Source: a virus
IMG/VR virus record: IMGVR_UViG_3300041955_000531
DNA length: 64,000 nt
Strand: one strand, 5' to 3'
Made by a program: the position numbers and the translations under genes. This document shows, piece after piece, positions 19,155 through 26,160 of this stretch. The notes under the pieces were generated by a model, which worked only from the letters and a program-made list of their open reading frames with translations, searched no databases and was not told the origin of the DNA. Positions within the stretch are counted from its first letter, which is position 1, and every line of letters begins with the position of its first letter.

Positions 19155-19190
19155 TGGCGGGACCAACGGGATTTGAACCCGTGATCCTGC
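19155..19190 (-). pseudogene. Orphan 3' half of a tRNA-Asp-like gene
   Basis: GCAGG-ATC-ACGGG TTCAAAT CCCGT-TGGTCCC-GCCA; no 5' half adjacent. Confidence 0.75.
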
Positions 19191-19197
19191 TAAATCT

Positions 19198-19272
19198 TGG
19201 CGGAACCAGCGGGAATCGAACCCGCATCCCACCCGTGACAGGGGTGCGTCATAGCCATTAGACCATGGCTCC
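19198..19272 (-). tRNA. tRNA-Asp(GTC)
   Basis: CACCC-CTGTCAC-GGGTG; CCA. Confidence 0.92.
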
Positions 19273-19593
19273 GTGATGTTTCATTCGGTGATGGTTAGCA
19301 CACAGGATGTCACACTTAGCTATTTCTTCCTGGATGCGTTTCAACGACCATCCCTTACGATTAAAGGAGCCGATCTCGAAAGACTTCTGCGCAGGATTTC
19401 TGTGATGGAAATCCAAGGCACTTGGGTGTTCTTTGAAACCACATACCTTGCAGCCTCTCTCGAGTTTATAGTCTTCGATCCACTTCTTGTTCCGAGCTAT
19501 CCGTAGCTTATCACACTTGCGGACGGCTTTCAAATGCTTCTTGCGATTCGCTGGATTACTATACCACTTCTTCCAAGCTTCTTGATTACTCAT
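19258..19593 (-). CDS. HNH endonuclease
   Basis: CKVCG...LDFHH...CDILCANHHR; 3' end overlaps tRNA-Asp. Confidence 0.9.
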   Translation of the reverse strand: MSNQEAWKKWYSNPANRKKHLKAVRKCDKLRIARNKKWIEDYKLERGCKVCGFKEHPSALDFHHRNPAQKSFEIGSFNRKGWSLKRIQEEIAKCDILCANHHRMKHHGAMV

Positions 19594-19612
19594 TGCTGCT
19601 CCTCGGATAGAG

Positions 19613-20005
19613 GAGTCAGCCTATCAACATCCCGCCATCGGCTAACCGCCGCGGTTTACCATCACGATTGCTTTGTCAAGGCAACCGATAAATACGAGGA
19701 TCTAACTGCAACACTCAAAGGCGACGCCAGCTCTCCCCCGTAATATGAGGGGGCACCAGCTTATGCAGTGGTGTCTGCAGCTCCTGCAGATCCAAGATGG
19801 GCGCGAGCAAGCCCGAAGCCTGACACTGTTCGGCTTTGGCCTCGGTAAGAGCGAGCAAAACAGTAAAAGGAACGCTCACTTACCCGCAAAGAACAACTGA
19901 CCTGAGTGATAAGTCTCACTCTATCCCGCGAGCGCTTTCCCAAACATCGGGCCGATGTAACGTCGCTTGCCGCTTTCCAAAGCGGCCAGGATAGAAGGAC
20001 TACTC
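19613..20005 (-). ncRNA. Candidate ~390-nt structured RNA
   Basis: Ends pair (GAGT..CTATC / GATAG..ACTC); several hairpins; no convincing ORF. Confidence 0.5.
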
Positions 20006-20171
20006 ACTTACTACAGGTCAAACTCTTCAATCTTTCAATCTCGTTTGCTGCTTCTTCCAGAAGATCGGCGATACGATCAGGCTTGCCTTCCTGTACGCTC
20101 TTGCGTGTAGTTATCTGCCTTCGTATCTCGGCGCGCTTGCGCAGCCTGCTAATCAGATCTTCCGTACTCAT
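20004..20171 (-). CDS. Small hypothetical protein (55 aa)
   Basis: MSTEDLISRLRKRAEIRRQITTRKSVQEGKPDRIADLLEEAANEIE...; below the ORF-track cutoff. Confidence 0.65.
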   Translation of the reverse strand: MSTEDLISRLRKRAEIRRQITTRKSVQEGKPDRIADLLEEAANEIERLKSLTCSK

Positions 20172-20176
20172 AAACT

Positions 20177-20250
20177 TGGTCCCTTGGGATGGGCTCGAAC
20201 CATCATCTCCTGATCTTCAGTCAGGGGTCCTACCATTGAACGACCGCGGG
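20177..20250 (-). tRNA. tRNA-Phe(GAA), atypical
   Basis: CCTGA-CTGAAGA-TCAGG; two acceptor-stem mismatches; G37. Confidence 0.7.
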
Positions 20251-20252
20251 TT

Positions 20253-20341
20253 TGGAGGAAGGCCAGAGAATCGAACTCTGTCTCGCCTTTCGACGAGTCT
20301 CGGTTTTCGGGACCGTTGCCGACCATTCAGCGCTGCCCTCC
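20253..20341 (-). tRNA. tRNA-Ser(CGA), C33 variant
   Basis: CGGT-CCCGAAA-ACCG; long variable arm; CCA. Confidence 0.8.
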
Positions 20342-20347
20342 TAAACT

Positions 20348-20437
20348 TGGCGGAGGGTGTAGGATTTGAACCTACGCTGGCTTTCACCAGGCCTCAGGTT
20401 AGCAACCTGGCGCCTTTCCAAACTCAGCCAACCCTCC
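20348..20437 (-). tRNA. tRNA-Ser(GCT)
   Basis: Loop TT GCT AA; long variable arm; CCA. Confidence 0.92.
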
Positions 20438-20506
20438 GAATACACGGGTAGATCGTGATGAGTTTCTACTACTCGAGTTGGCTGTTGCGTTCATCATACT
20501 AATCCT

Positions 20507-20584
20507 TGGCAGGCCAGGATGGATTTGAACCACCGTCATCGGTTTTGGAGACCGAGGTCCTGGGCCAGACTAAACGACCGGCCT
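20507..20584 (-). tRNA. tRNA-Trp(CCA)
   Basis: TCGGT-CTCCAAA-ACCGA; CCA. Confidence 0.92.
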
Positions 20585-20588
20585 GCGA

Positions 20589-20801
20589 TTAAACTATACC
20601 ACCGAATGGCGGCTGGCCAGCATCCACCAGCTTCTGTTCGAGAACCCTGATAGCGCATACGAGAGTCTTGATCAGATTCTCGTTATCGGTATCCTTGAAG
20701 GGTATGTCCAACAGTACTTCGCCACCAACTACACCGACAAAAGCTCTCTTCTGCTTTGTGTCGGGGTCTACTATTTCAGTTACGTATGATTCGATGATCA
20801 T
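20589..20801 (-). CDS. Hypothetical protein
   Basis: 70-aa ORF with RBS AAGGA. Confidence 0.6.
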   Translation of the reverse strand: MIIESYVTEIVDPDTKQKRAFVGVVGGEVLLDIPFKDTDNENLIKTLVCAIRVLEQKLVDAGQPPFGGIV

Positions 20802-20811
20802 TGTCAGTCCT

Positions 20812-20853
20812 TGGTGGAGCAGATGGGAATCGAACCCTCTCTCAAAACCTTAT
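20812..20853 (-). pseudogene. 3' half of a split tRNA-Ala
   Basis: GGG TTCGATT CCC AT-CTGCTCC-ACCA; acceptor strand complements GGGGCAG at 21493-21499. Confidence 0.85.
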
Positions 20854-20886
20854 AGCTCCTATACTATTCAAATATAGAGGAGCTTT

Positions 20887-20962
20887 TGGTGGAGCATGCG
20901 AGATTTGAACTCGCCGCCTCCGCATTGCAAGTGCGGCGCTCTCCCAAATGAGCTAATGCCCC
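20887..20962 (-). tRNA. tRNA-Ala(TGC), intact replacement copy
   Basis: G3:U70; CCGCA-CTTGCAA-TGCGG; CCA. Confidence 0.95.
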
Positions 20963-20963
20963 A

Positions 20964-21455
20964 ATGAAAACTATAACACGAACCTGCTTAAATCCAAAAT
21001 GCAAGAAACAGTTTGAAGCTGAACTCCGAGAAGTACATCGCGGTAATGGTAAATATTGCTGTTTACAATGCTGCCTTAATCACATAAGACCAGTAGGTCG
21101 CACTTTACATACACTAACTTGTTCCTACTGCTTCAAAGAGTTTAAAGATGATCGACCCCTTGTGCCAGGTTTGCCTGATATTGTAGTGCCAGATATACTG
21201 CCTCGTCGATACTGTAGTCGGCAATGTAAGGATCTGAATCATAGAAATGATTGTCATGATGCTCGAACACTGGCGTTTCGCAACTTTCCACATAAATGCA
21301 ATCGCTGTAACTGGGATACAGAACCAGCGGTTCTGGAAGTTCATCACAAAGACCGCAACAGAGAAAACAATGAGCTATCTAATCTTGAACTACTTTGCCC
21401 AACTGATCATTGTTTAGATCACTTTCTTGCAAAAGATGGCAAGTGGCGCAAGTAA
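20964..21455 (+). CDS. HNH endonuclease with N-terminal zinc-binding repeats
   Basis: CxxC/YCSxxC repeats; CNRC...LEVHHKDRNRENNELSNLELLCPTDH. Confidence 0.9.
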   Translation: MKTITRTCLNPKCKKQFEAELREVHRGNGKYCCLQCCLNHIRPVGRTLHTLTCSYCFKEFKDDRPLVPGLPDIVVPDILPRRYCSRQCKDLNHRNDCHDARTLAFRNFPHKCNRCNWDTEPAVLEVHHKDRNRENNELSNLELLCPTDHCLDHFLAKDGKWRK

Positions 21456-21499
21456 CTTATGCTTGCAAAGCATCTGCGCTCCCGTTGCGCCACTGCCCC
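21456..21499 (-). pseudogene. 5' half of a split tRNA-Ala(TGC)
   Basis: GGGGCAG TG GCGC AACGGGA GCGC A GATGC TTTGCAA GCATA AG, then breaks off. Confidence 0.85.
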
Positions 21500-21510
21500 A
21501 CGGAAAATCT

Positions 21511-21621
21511 AATCCTAGATTGACAGCCGGACCAGCGGCGATAAGGTATGTCCGGATTGTGCGCGGCTTTTCTGGTTAGTATCCTGCGTCTAACCATCCT
21601 ATTGACCGCCAATCTAGGGTT
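21511..21621 (-). ncRNA. Candidate ~110-nt structured RNA
   Basis: 15-bp closing stem with G:U pairs on the - strand enclosing internal hairpins. Confidence 0.5.
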
Positions 21622-21652
21622 GATGACCAACTCAACTTGAGTTTGTCAAACT

Positions 21653-21730
21653 TGGTCGGGGAGGGAGGATTCGAACCTCCGTTCTCCTGAATCCGAATCA
21701 GGCGCCTTGGACCAGCTAGACCACTCCCCG
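21653..21730 (-). tRNA. tRNA-Pro(CGG)
   Basis: CCTGA-TTCGGAT-TCAGG; CCA. Confidence 0.92.
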
Positions 21731-21780
21731 ATACTAAACCTTTACGGTCGTTCGGGTCGTGGCTCTAGTCCGCGCGTCAT

Positions 21781-22134
21781 TTAGAAACTCATTCCTAGTA
21801 TCTTGCGATTACGGATCACCATAGCGGTTTCTCCGATCGCTACTGCTCCCCAAAAGATGTATGCGGCCGGCATGCTGTAGTAAGCAAAAGCCCCGCCTGC
21901 AAAAGTAACAAAGGCGCCTTCAAGGAAACAAGTCAAAGCTTGTCCTATCTTGCCGAAGAGCCAGCGATTCCAAGGACTCATTTCTTTATCGCCCTTGGAA
22001 AGGCCAATACCAGTATACCAGCAATCACCGAGCATGGCAACTATAGTATACACGTACACCAGGAACAGCCCTAGAGAATCCCAGAAGCCTGGCTGATTAG
22101 GCCACAAACGCGGATCATCGGGTAGTTGAAACAT
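21781..22134 (-). CDS. Membrane protein (DUF5658-like)
   Basis: TM segments with D.wyT..gL.KG.kE.sP pattern. Confidence 0.6.
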   Translation of the reverse strand: MFQLPDDPRLWPNQPGFWDSLGLFLVYVYTIVAMLGDCWYTGIGLSKGDKEMSPWNRWLFGKIGQALTCFLEGAFVTFAGGAFAYYSMPAAYIFWGAVAIGETAMVIRNRKILGMSF

Positions 22135-22155
22135 TGTTTCTCCTTCTATAAACTC

Positions 22156-22245
22156 TGGTGGAGACGATAGGATTTGAACCTATTCTAGTCCCATTGGGAC
22201 CTGGGGTTACGGCCCAGTGCAGATCCCCGTCTCTGCTGCGCCTCC
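22156..22245 (-). tRNA. tRNA-Tyr(GTA), C33 variant
   Basis: CTGGG-CCGTAAC-CCCAG; long variable arm; CCA. Confidence 0.85.
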
Positions 22246-22313
22246 ATGGAAGCGCACCTCTCCGTGCGCTCATTAAGCGCTACGATAACCGACTCCGCTG
22301 CTCTGTCCACCTT

Positions 22314-22631
22314 TCATGGTACATTCCTATAGTTGTTCACTGTGCAGTAGACGTGATAAGCTGCCTGGCACAAATACCCAACTCCAAATCCGTATCCTGC
22401 AGGTGTCCAGTAATGCGCTGCAATACCTGCTACAAGAACCTCGAGTGCTACGGCAATGCTGCTACGAACCCACATCCTCTTCACTGAAGGATCATCGGTG
22501 CCGTAGATCCAGATCATGATTCGATCTGCTTCAGTGTAACCTTTCCTCAGAAAGCGAGCTGTGCTGACTCCATCCGCTGTTGCAGCTGGGATCAGAATAC
22601 CCACTGCGATCTTGAGAAGCGTTGGTATCAT
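22314..22631 (-). CDS. Membrane protein (DUF5658-like), probable paralog of 21781
   Basis: D..ST..FL.KG..E pattern plus TM segments. Confidence 0.6.
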   Translation of the reverse strand: MIPTLLKIAVGILIPAATADGVSTARFLRKGYTEADRIMIWIYGTDDPSVKRMWVRSSIAVALEVLVAGIAAHYWTPAGYGFGVGYLCQAAYHVYCTVNNYRNVP

Positions 22632-22858
22632 TGCGCTGTCTTTCTCCTGTATTGACGAACCTTTTCGAAAACCCAGTTGACCGTTGAGTACGCGTGCTCA
22701 TCTTCTAACTTGTGATCCTCGATTAGGTGCACAGTCATTCGGTTGCACATGCCGCGAATAACACAGTGTTTGCAGAGTTCACAATCACGAAGCATCGGGA
22801 TGTCCGGATCGAACTGGGGTTTCTCTTTGAACCAACACAACAAAAATCCGAATGTCAT
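22628..22858 (-). CDS. Hypothetical zinc-finger-like protein
   Basis: CELC...H...H pattern. Confidence 0.5.
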   Translation of the reverse strand: MTFGFLLCWFKEKPQFDPDIPMLRDCELCKHCVIRGMCNRMTVHLIEDHKLEDEHAYSTVNWVFEKVRQYRRKTAQ

Positions 22859-22877
22859 CGTGCTCTCGCTATAAACT

Positions 22878-22962
22878 TGGTGTACCTGAGAGGATTCGAA
22901 CCTCCACGCCTTGCGGCACGCGGCTCTCAACCGCGGCTGGCTACCAGTTTCAGCACAGGTAC
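22878..22962 (-). tRNA. tRNA-Leu(GAG)
   Basis: CGCGG-TTGAGAG-CCGCG; long variable arm; CCA. Confidence 0.92.
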
Positions 22963-22963
22963 T

Positions 22964-23052
22964 TGGTGCTGAAGGAGAGATTCGAACTCTCACGGCTTTC
23001 TAGGGCCACAGGGGCTTGAGCCCTGCGCGGCTGCCAGTTACGCCACTCCAGC
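22964..23052 (-). tRNA. tRNA-Leu(CAA)
   Basis: CAGGG-CTCAAGC-CCCTG; long variable arm; CCA. Confidence 0.92.
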
Positions 23053-23065
23053 ACATCTATAAACT

Positions 23066-23144
23066 TGGTGCGCTGGGTGGGATTCGAACCCACAAAATCT
23101 CCTCGGTCTGAACGAGGCGGCTTTGCCATTTTGTCCACCAGCGC
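23066..23144 (-). tRNA. tRNA-Leu(CAG), short variable arm
   Basis: CCTCG-TTCAGAC-CGAGG; CCA. Confidence 0.85.
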
Positions 23145-23234
23145 CTTGAACTACAAGGTCCGGGGACGGCAGTCCGCGGGCCTGCTAACTAAGCAGGCCT
23201 AGCAATCGAATACATCCGCCCATTGTATCGTTCA

Positions 23235-23639
23235 TCATGATTCCATTGTATCACACTGCCAGGCGTTCAGGCCATGGAACAGTGACTTACCTTTCTTCCT
23301 CGAACAAAAGACTGCAACCGCGGTTAAGAGGGCTTCTTCTGTCTGATAGTACCCGGGGTTGGTATCGCGAAACTCTTCCCACGGTAGACGCGCGTGTGAG
23401 ATTTGATGACGGACTTTCTCCAGCTCGTTGCTGTCAACGACTTTGAGGATGATGGTTGTGTGCTCTTCATCAGGGTCCAGTTTAAGTCTCAACTTCAGTT
23501 TCGATACTACATGACATGCCTGGGCTATACAACGGCCGCAAGACATCGGAATAATCTCCCTCAGGAACATCGTAGGTGATATTACGAATGAAGGGAGAAT
23601 AACGTAAATCCTTTTTTCAACTACGGTGCCTGGGGCCAA
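23235..23639 (-). CDS. Peptidyl-tRNA hydrolase (Pth2-like)
   Basis: MSCGRCIAQACH, TIILKV and RDTNP...TAVA match the Pth2 pattern. Confidence 0.75.
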   Translation of the reverse strand: MAPGTVVEKRIYVILPSFVISPTMFLREIIPMSCGRCIAQACHVVSKLKLRLKLDPDEEHTTIILKVVDSNELEKVRHQISHARLPWEEFRDTNPGYYQTEEALLTAVAVFCSRKKGKSLFHGLNAWQCDTMES

Positions 23640-23997
23640 GGACTCTACCTCTCAAAGCCATTCCAATCTTGGCTTTGTGTTCCTCAGACATAGGACCGCG
23701 TTTTGTTCCTGTCTGAGAACCACGGATCTTCGCTGCAATCGCTGGACTACCAGCTGTACGAATAGCATGACAGTTAGCGCAAACTAAATCGCACTTATCA
23801 GCCTCTCGTTTCAGTTCTTCAAGAGATCGATGTAATCCCGAGCTAATAGAAAAGAGTTTAGTACTCGGGTCACGATGATCAAAATGAAAGCAACAGTCAG
23901 GAAAGATATGATTGCAATCAAGACACTTGCCACCTTTGTAGAGAACAAGCTGATGTTTCTTCTCTTGGCGTTTACTCTTTAATCCTAACCATGTCAT
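23617..23997 (-). CDS. HNH endonuclease with NUMOD3-like tail
   Basis: CLDC...FDHRDP...CDLVCANCH; SEEHKAKIG. Confidence 0.9.
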   Translation of the reverse strand: MTWLGLKSKRQEKKHQLVLYKGGKCLDCNHIFPDCCFHFDHRDPSTKLFSISSGLHRSLEELKREADKCDLVCANCHAIRTAGSPAIAAKIRGSQTGTKRGPMSEEHKAKIGMALRGRVLGPRHRS

Positions 23998-24028
23998 TGC
24001 GCTTCTCTACTTTGGGCGTCTCTTTCAT
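23972..24028 (-). pseudogene. Probable orphan N-terminal stub of the pth-like gene
   Basis: MKETPKVEKR versus the Pth N-terminus MAPGTVVEKRIYV. Confidence 0.5.
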
Positions 24029-24034
24029 AAGCTT

Positions 24035-24110
24035 TGGCTGGAGCGGAAGGAATCGAACCTTCAAGTGGATGAGTAACAGTCATCTGCTGTACCGGTTGAG
24101 CCACACTCCA
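24035..24110 (-). tRNA. tRNA-Asn(GTT)
   Basis: GATGA-CTGTTAC-TCATC; CCA. Confidence 0.9.
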
Positions 24111-24600
24111 GTAGAATCTTTTAGTTGTAGGGAGCTAGCTCGCCAGGACGGCAAGCCGAAGAGGAGGGTTACTTACTCTTTGGTTGCGGTAATGGCTTCT
24201 GCGGCTTATACATATTGACTGTCGCCGCTGCTAGTCGTGTGGCCCCATGGTTGAACCATGAGGCCTTCCGAACTTTCTTCTTGCCGGCCATTACCGTTTC
24301 CGGTTAGGCTGACTTGACGCCCGAGTTTGCCACCTTCGGCTGAGTCGGCTTGATAGCCTTTGCCTTGTGTGTGGTCGGGGACGCGAAGATCGGGTCGCCT
24401 ATATACGGGGTCTTGCTAAGTTGTGCTGGGGGTGTCTTAGACCCGTTACTATTCTTCATGTTGTTCTCCATTATTCTGTTTTTGCTTCTGTCGCCAGCCA
24501 CAATAGGGACAGACGAACTCGTCTTTCGGTTCCTTCTTTGAGGCTTGCTTATTGCATACAGGACACTTCATAGTACACATAGCATACCTCTTGGATATCA

Positions 24601-24730
24601 ATAGCGCACGGCTTACATGACAACCGCGCTGGCCTTCCGGTGGGCCAACTTCCAAATCGTCCAGCGTCCCGAACGATTCAGCACCTGCCCTCGGTGTACA
24701 GAGGGGCTACCTTGTCACTTTTCGCGCTAC
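24601..24730 (-). ncRNA. Candidate ~130-nt multibranch RNA
   Basis: Nested closing stems plus three hairpins, with G:U pairs favouring the - strand. Confidence 0.5.
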
Positions 24731-24737
24731 CAATCTT

Positions 24738-24849
24738 TGGAGCTCCAGGTGGGTTTTTCACCATACCGATTTTCACCGGCAACAGGAGTTTAGCCTGCCA
24801 CGACCCCCGGATTAGAAGTCCGGTGCTCTAATAACTGAGCTACTGAAGC
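24738..24849 (-). tRNA. tRNA-Arg(TCT)-like RNA with T loop replaced by a structured insert
   Basis: Acceptor, D and anticodon arms and CCA intact; about 45 nt with two hairpins inside GTGG/CCAC. Confidence 0.75.
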
Positions 24850-24868
24850 TAGAAGCCTTCTCAATCTC

Positions 24869-24944
24869 TGGAGCGGCTAATCGGATTCGAACCGATACAT
24901 CCTGCTTGGAAGGCAGGCATGCTGGCCGTTAACATCACAGCCGC
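24869..24944 (-). tRNA. tRNA-Gly(TCC)
   Basis: CCTGC-CTTCCAA-GCAGG; U73 CCA. Confidence 0.92.
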
Positions 24945-25085
24945 TGGTCCCGATTATCCCTTAAGAGGACCCACCGTGTACTTTGGTGATTGGTCGGGTC
25001 GAAAACCTTTCTTGAAGAACGGCGCGAAGTAAACAGCGCCCAGTAAAATAGTGCAAGTTATTGCATAAGCTAGCATAAGATCTCG

Positions 25086-25159
25086 TGGAGCGAAATGCCG
25101 GATTCGAACCGGCGCTCGAACCTTGGCAAGGTTCTGTACTACCACTATACGAATCCCGC
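25086..25159 (-). tRNA. tRNA-Gly(GCC)
   Basis: GAACC-TTGCCAA-GGTTC; U73 CCA. Confidence 0.92.
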
Positions 25160-25169
25160 TCATTCCCTA

Positions 25170-25182
25170 CTGATTAGTATAG
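25170..25182 (-). promoter_or_regulatory. Conserved phage promoter motif TATACTAATCAG
   Basis: Exact motif 10 nt upstream of tRNA-Gly(GCC). Confidence 0.7.
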
Positions 25183-25575
25183 TAGTTGCCTACGTATAAC
25201 TAACCAATAGAACCTACAACACTTATCTGATTTCACCAATCTACAGCGTATCTGAAAGCTTCCATCTCTTTCTATGGTGCGCAGCCGGAAAACAGCGCGC
25301 CACCATTTAGAGCAGGTAGGATAGATTGGATCGAACACAACCCATTATACCATACTTAGATCAGCTTGGATGGCCCAAATGCGAATCTCTTGCCACCATT
25401 GGTTCCTTCGCTGATGGCGGGGCGGCTCATGAACTCCCATTGCTTTGTTGTATGGTTCCACGTTCGATTCACTCTGACGCCAAGCATCATCTTGGTGCCG
25501 CCAGCCAAGGTGACACCCTGACCCACTGATGGGCATTGCTTCGGTGCTGGTCTTCCTTGGTTCATTGTGACCTCG

Positions 25576-25660
25576 TGGAGCAGGGTGGAGGACTCGAACC
25601 TCCGTGGATTTTACTCGCCGCATTACAGGTGCGGTGCTGTCGCCACTGAGCCAACCCTGC
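25576..25660 (-). tRNA. tRNA-Thr(TGT), C33 variant with long variable arm
   Basis: CCGCA-CCTGTAA-TGCGG; 14-nt variable region; CCA. Confidence 0.75.
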
Positions 25661-25671
25661 TAGTAATCTTG

Positions 25672-25745
25672 TGGCTGCCTTCGAAGGACTCGAACCTTCA
25701 TATCCAGCTCCAGAGGCTGGCGTCCTACCATTAAACGAGTAGGCA
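25672..25745 (-). tRNA. tRNA-Gln(CTG)
   Basis: CCAGC-CTCTGGA-GCTGG; CCA. Confidence 0.9.
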
Positions 25746-25752
25746 ACGGTAT

Positions 25753-25899
25753 TTAGAAGTTCGGATTGTTGGCTATCTGGTAGGTGATATAAGCATAATA
25801 GCTTGCTACCACCGCTAGGGTAATCAGAGCAAGTGCAAATGCCCGCCATCCGATCTCTGCTATGTGCTTGACTTCTTTGACTTCTCTTTCTACGCTCAT
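25753..25899 (-). CDS. Small membrane protein
   Basis: MSVEREVKEV... with one TM helix; RBS GAGG. Confidence 0.55.
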   Translation of the reverse strand: MSVEREVKEVKHIAEIGWRAFALALITLAVVASYYAYITYQIANNPNF

Positions 25900-25916
25900 G
25901 TATGCCTCTTTAAACC

Positions 25917-25993
25917 TGGCGGGCCTGGAGAGATTCGAACTCTCTAGTTGGCAGGTTAGAACTCTGCTGCTCGTCCAATCGAGCTTCAAGCCC
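25917..25993 (-). tRNA. tRNA-Arg(TCT)
   Basis: GCAGA-GTTCTAA-CCTGC (G32, 31-39 mismatch); A20; CCA. Confidence 0.8.
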
Positions 25994-26001
25994 GCGAAAC
26001 T

Positions 26002-26081
26002 TGGCGCGCTATGAGAGATTCGAACTCCCGACCCCTCGGTCCGTAGCCGAGTGCTCTTGGTTTCCGCTGAGCTAATAGCGC
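26002..26081 (-). tRNA. tRNA-Arg(ACG)
   Basis: CTCGG-CTACGGA-CCGAG; CCA. Confidence 0.92.
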
Positions 26082-26082
26082 T

Positions 26083-26157
26083 TGGTAGGTTCGGCGGGCA
26101 TCGAACCCGCAACTCCCTGCTTAAAGGGCAGGTACTCTACCATTGAGTTACGAACCT
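26083..26157 (-). tRNA. tRNA-Lys(TTT), C33 variant
   Basis: CCTGC-CCTTTAA-GCAGG; CCA. Confidence 0.85.
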
Positions 26158-26160
26158 ACG

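Noticed and set aside
18826-19227. ORF-track entries running through tRNA genes (also 19906, 22628-22993, 25753-26112, 53946-54206)
   Set aside because: The extensions are translations of tRNA sequence; starts were trimmed to RBS-supported ATGs or the ORF was dropped.
19613-20005. RNase P RNA or SRP RNA
   Set aside because: The GAGGAAAGUCC / AACCCGGCUUA and CAGG-GNRA-AGCA signatures were not found on either strand.
20854-21455. Group I intron in tRNA-Ala
   Set aside because: The insert is almost fully occupied by an antisense HNH ORF and a tRNA, leaving no room for a catalytic core.
18750-26157. Suppressor tRNAs (TCA, CTA or TTA read one base over in the Glu, Arg and Lys loops) implying a recoded genome
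   Set aside because: Stem pairing fixes 7-nt loops with TTC, TCT and TTT centred; genes end normally in TAA, TAG and TGA, and long ORFs are intact under the standard code.
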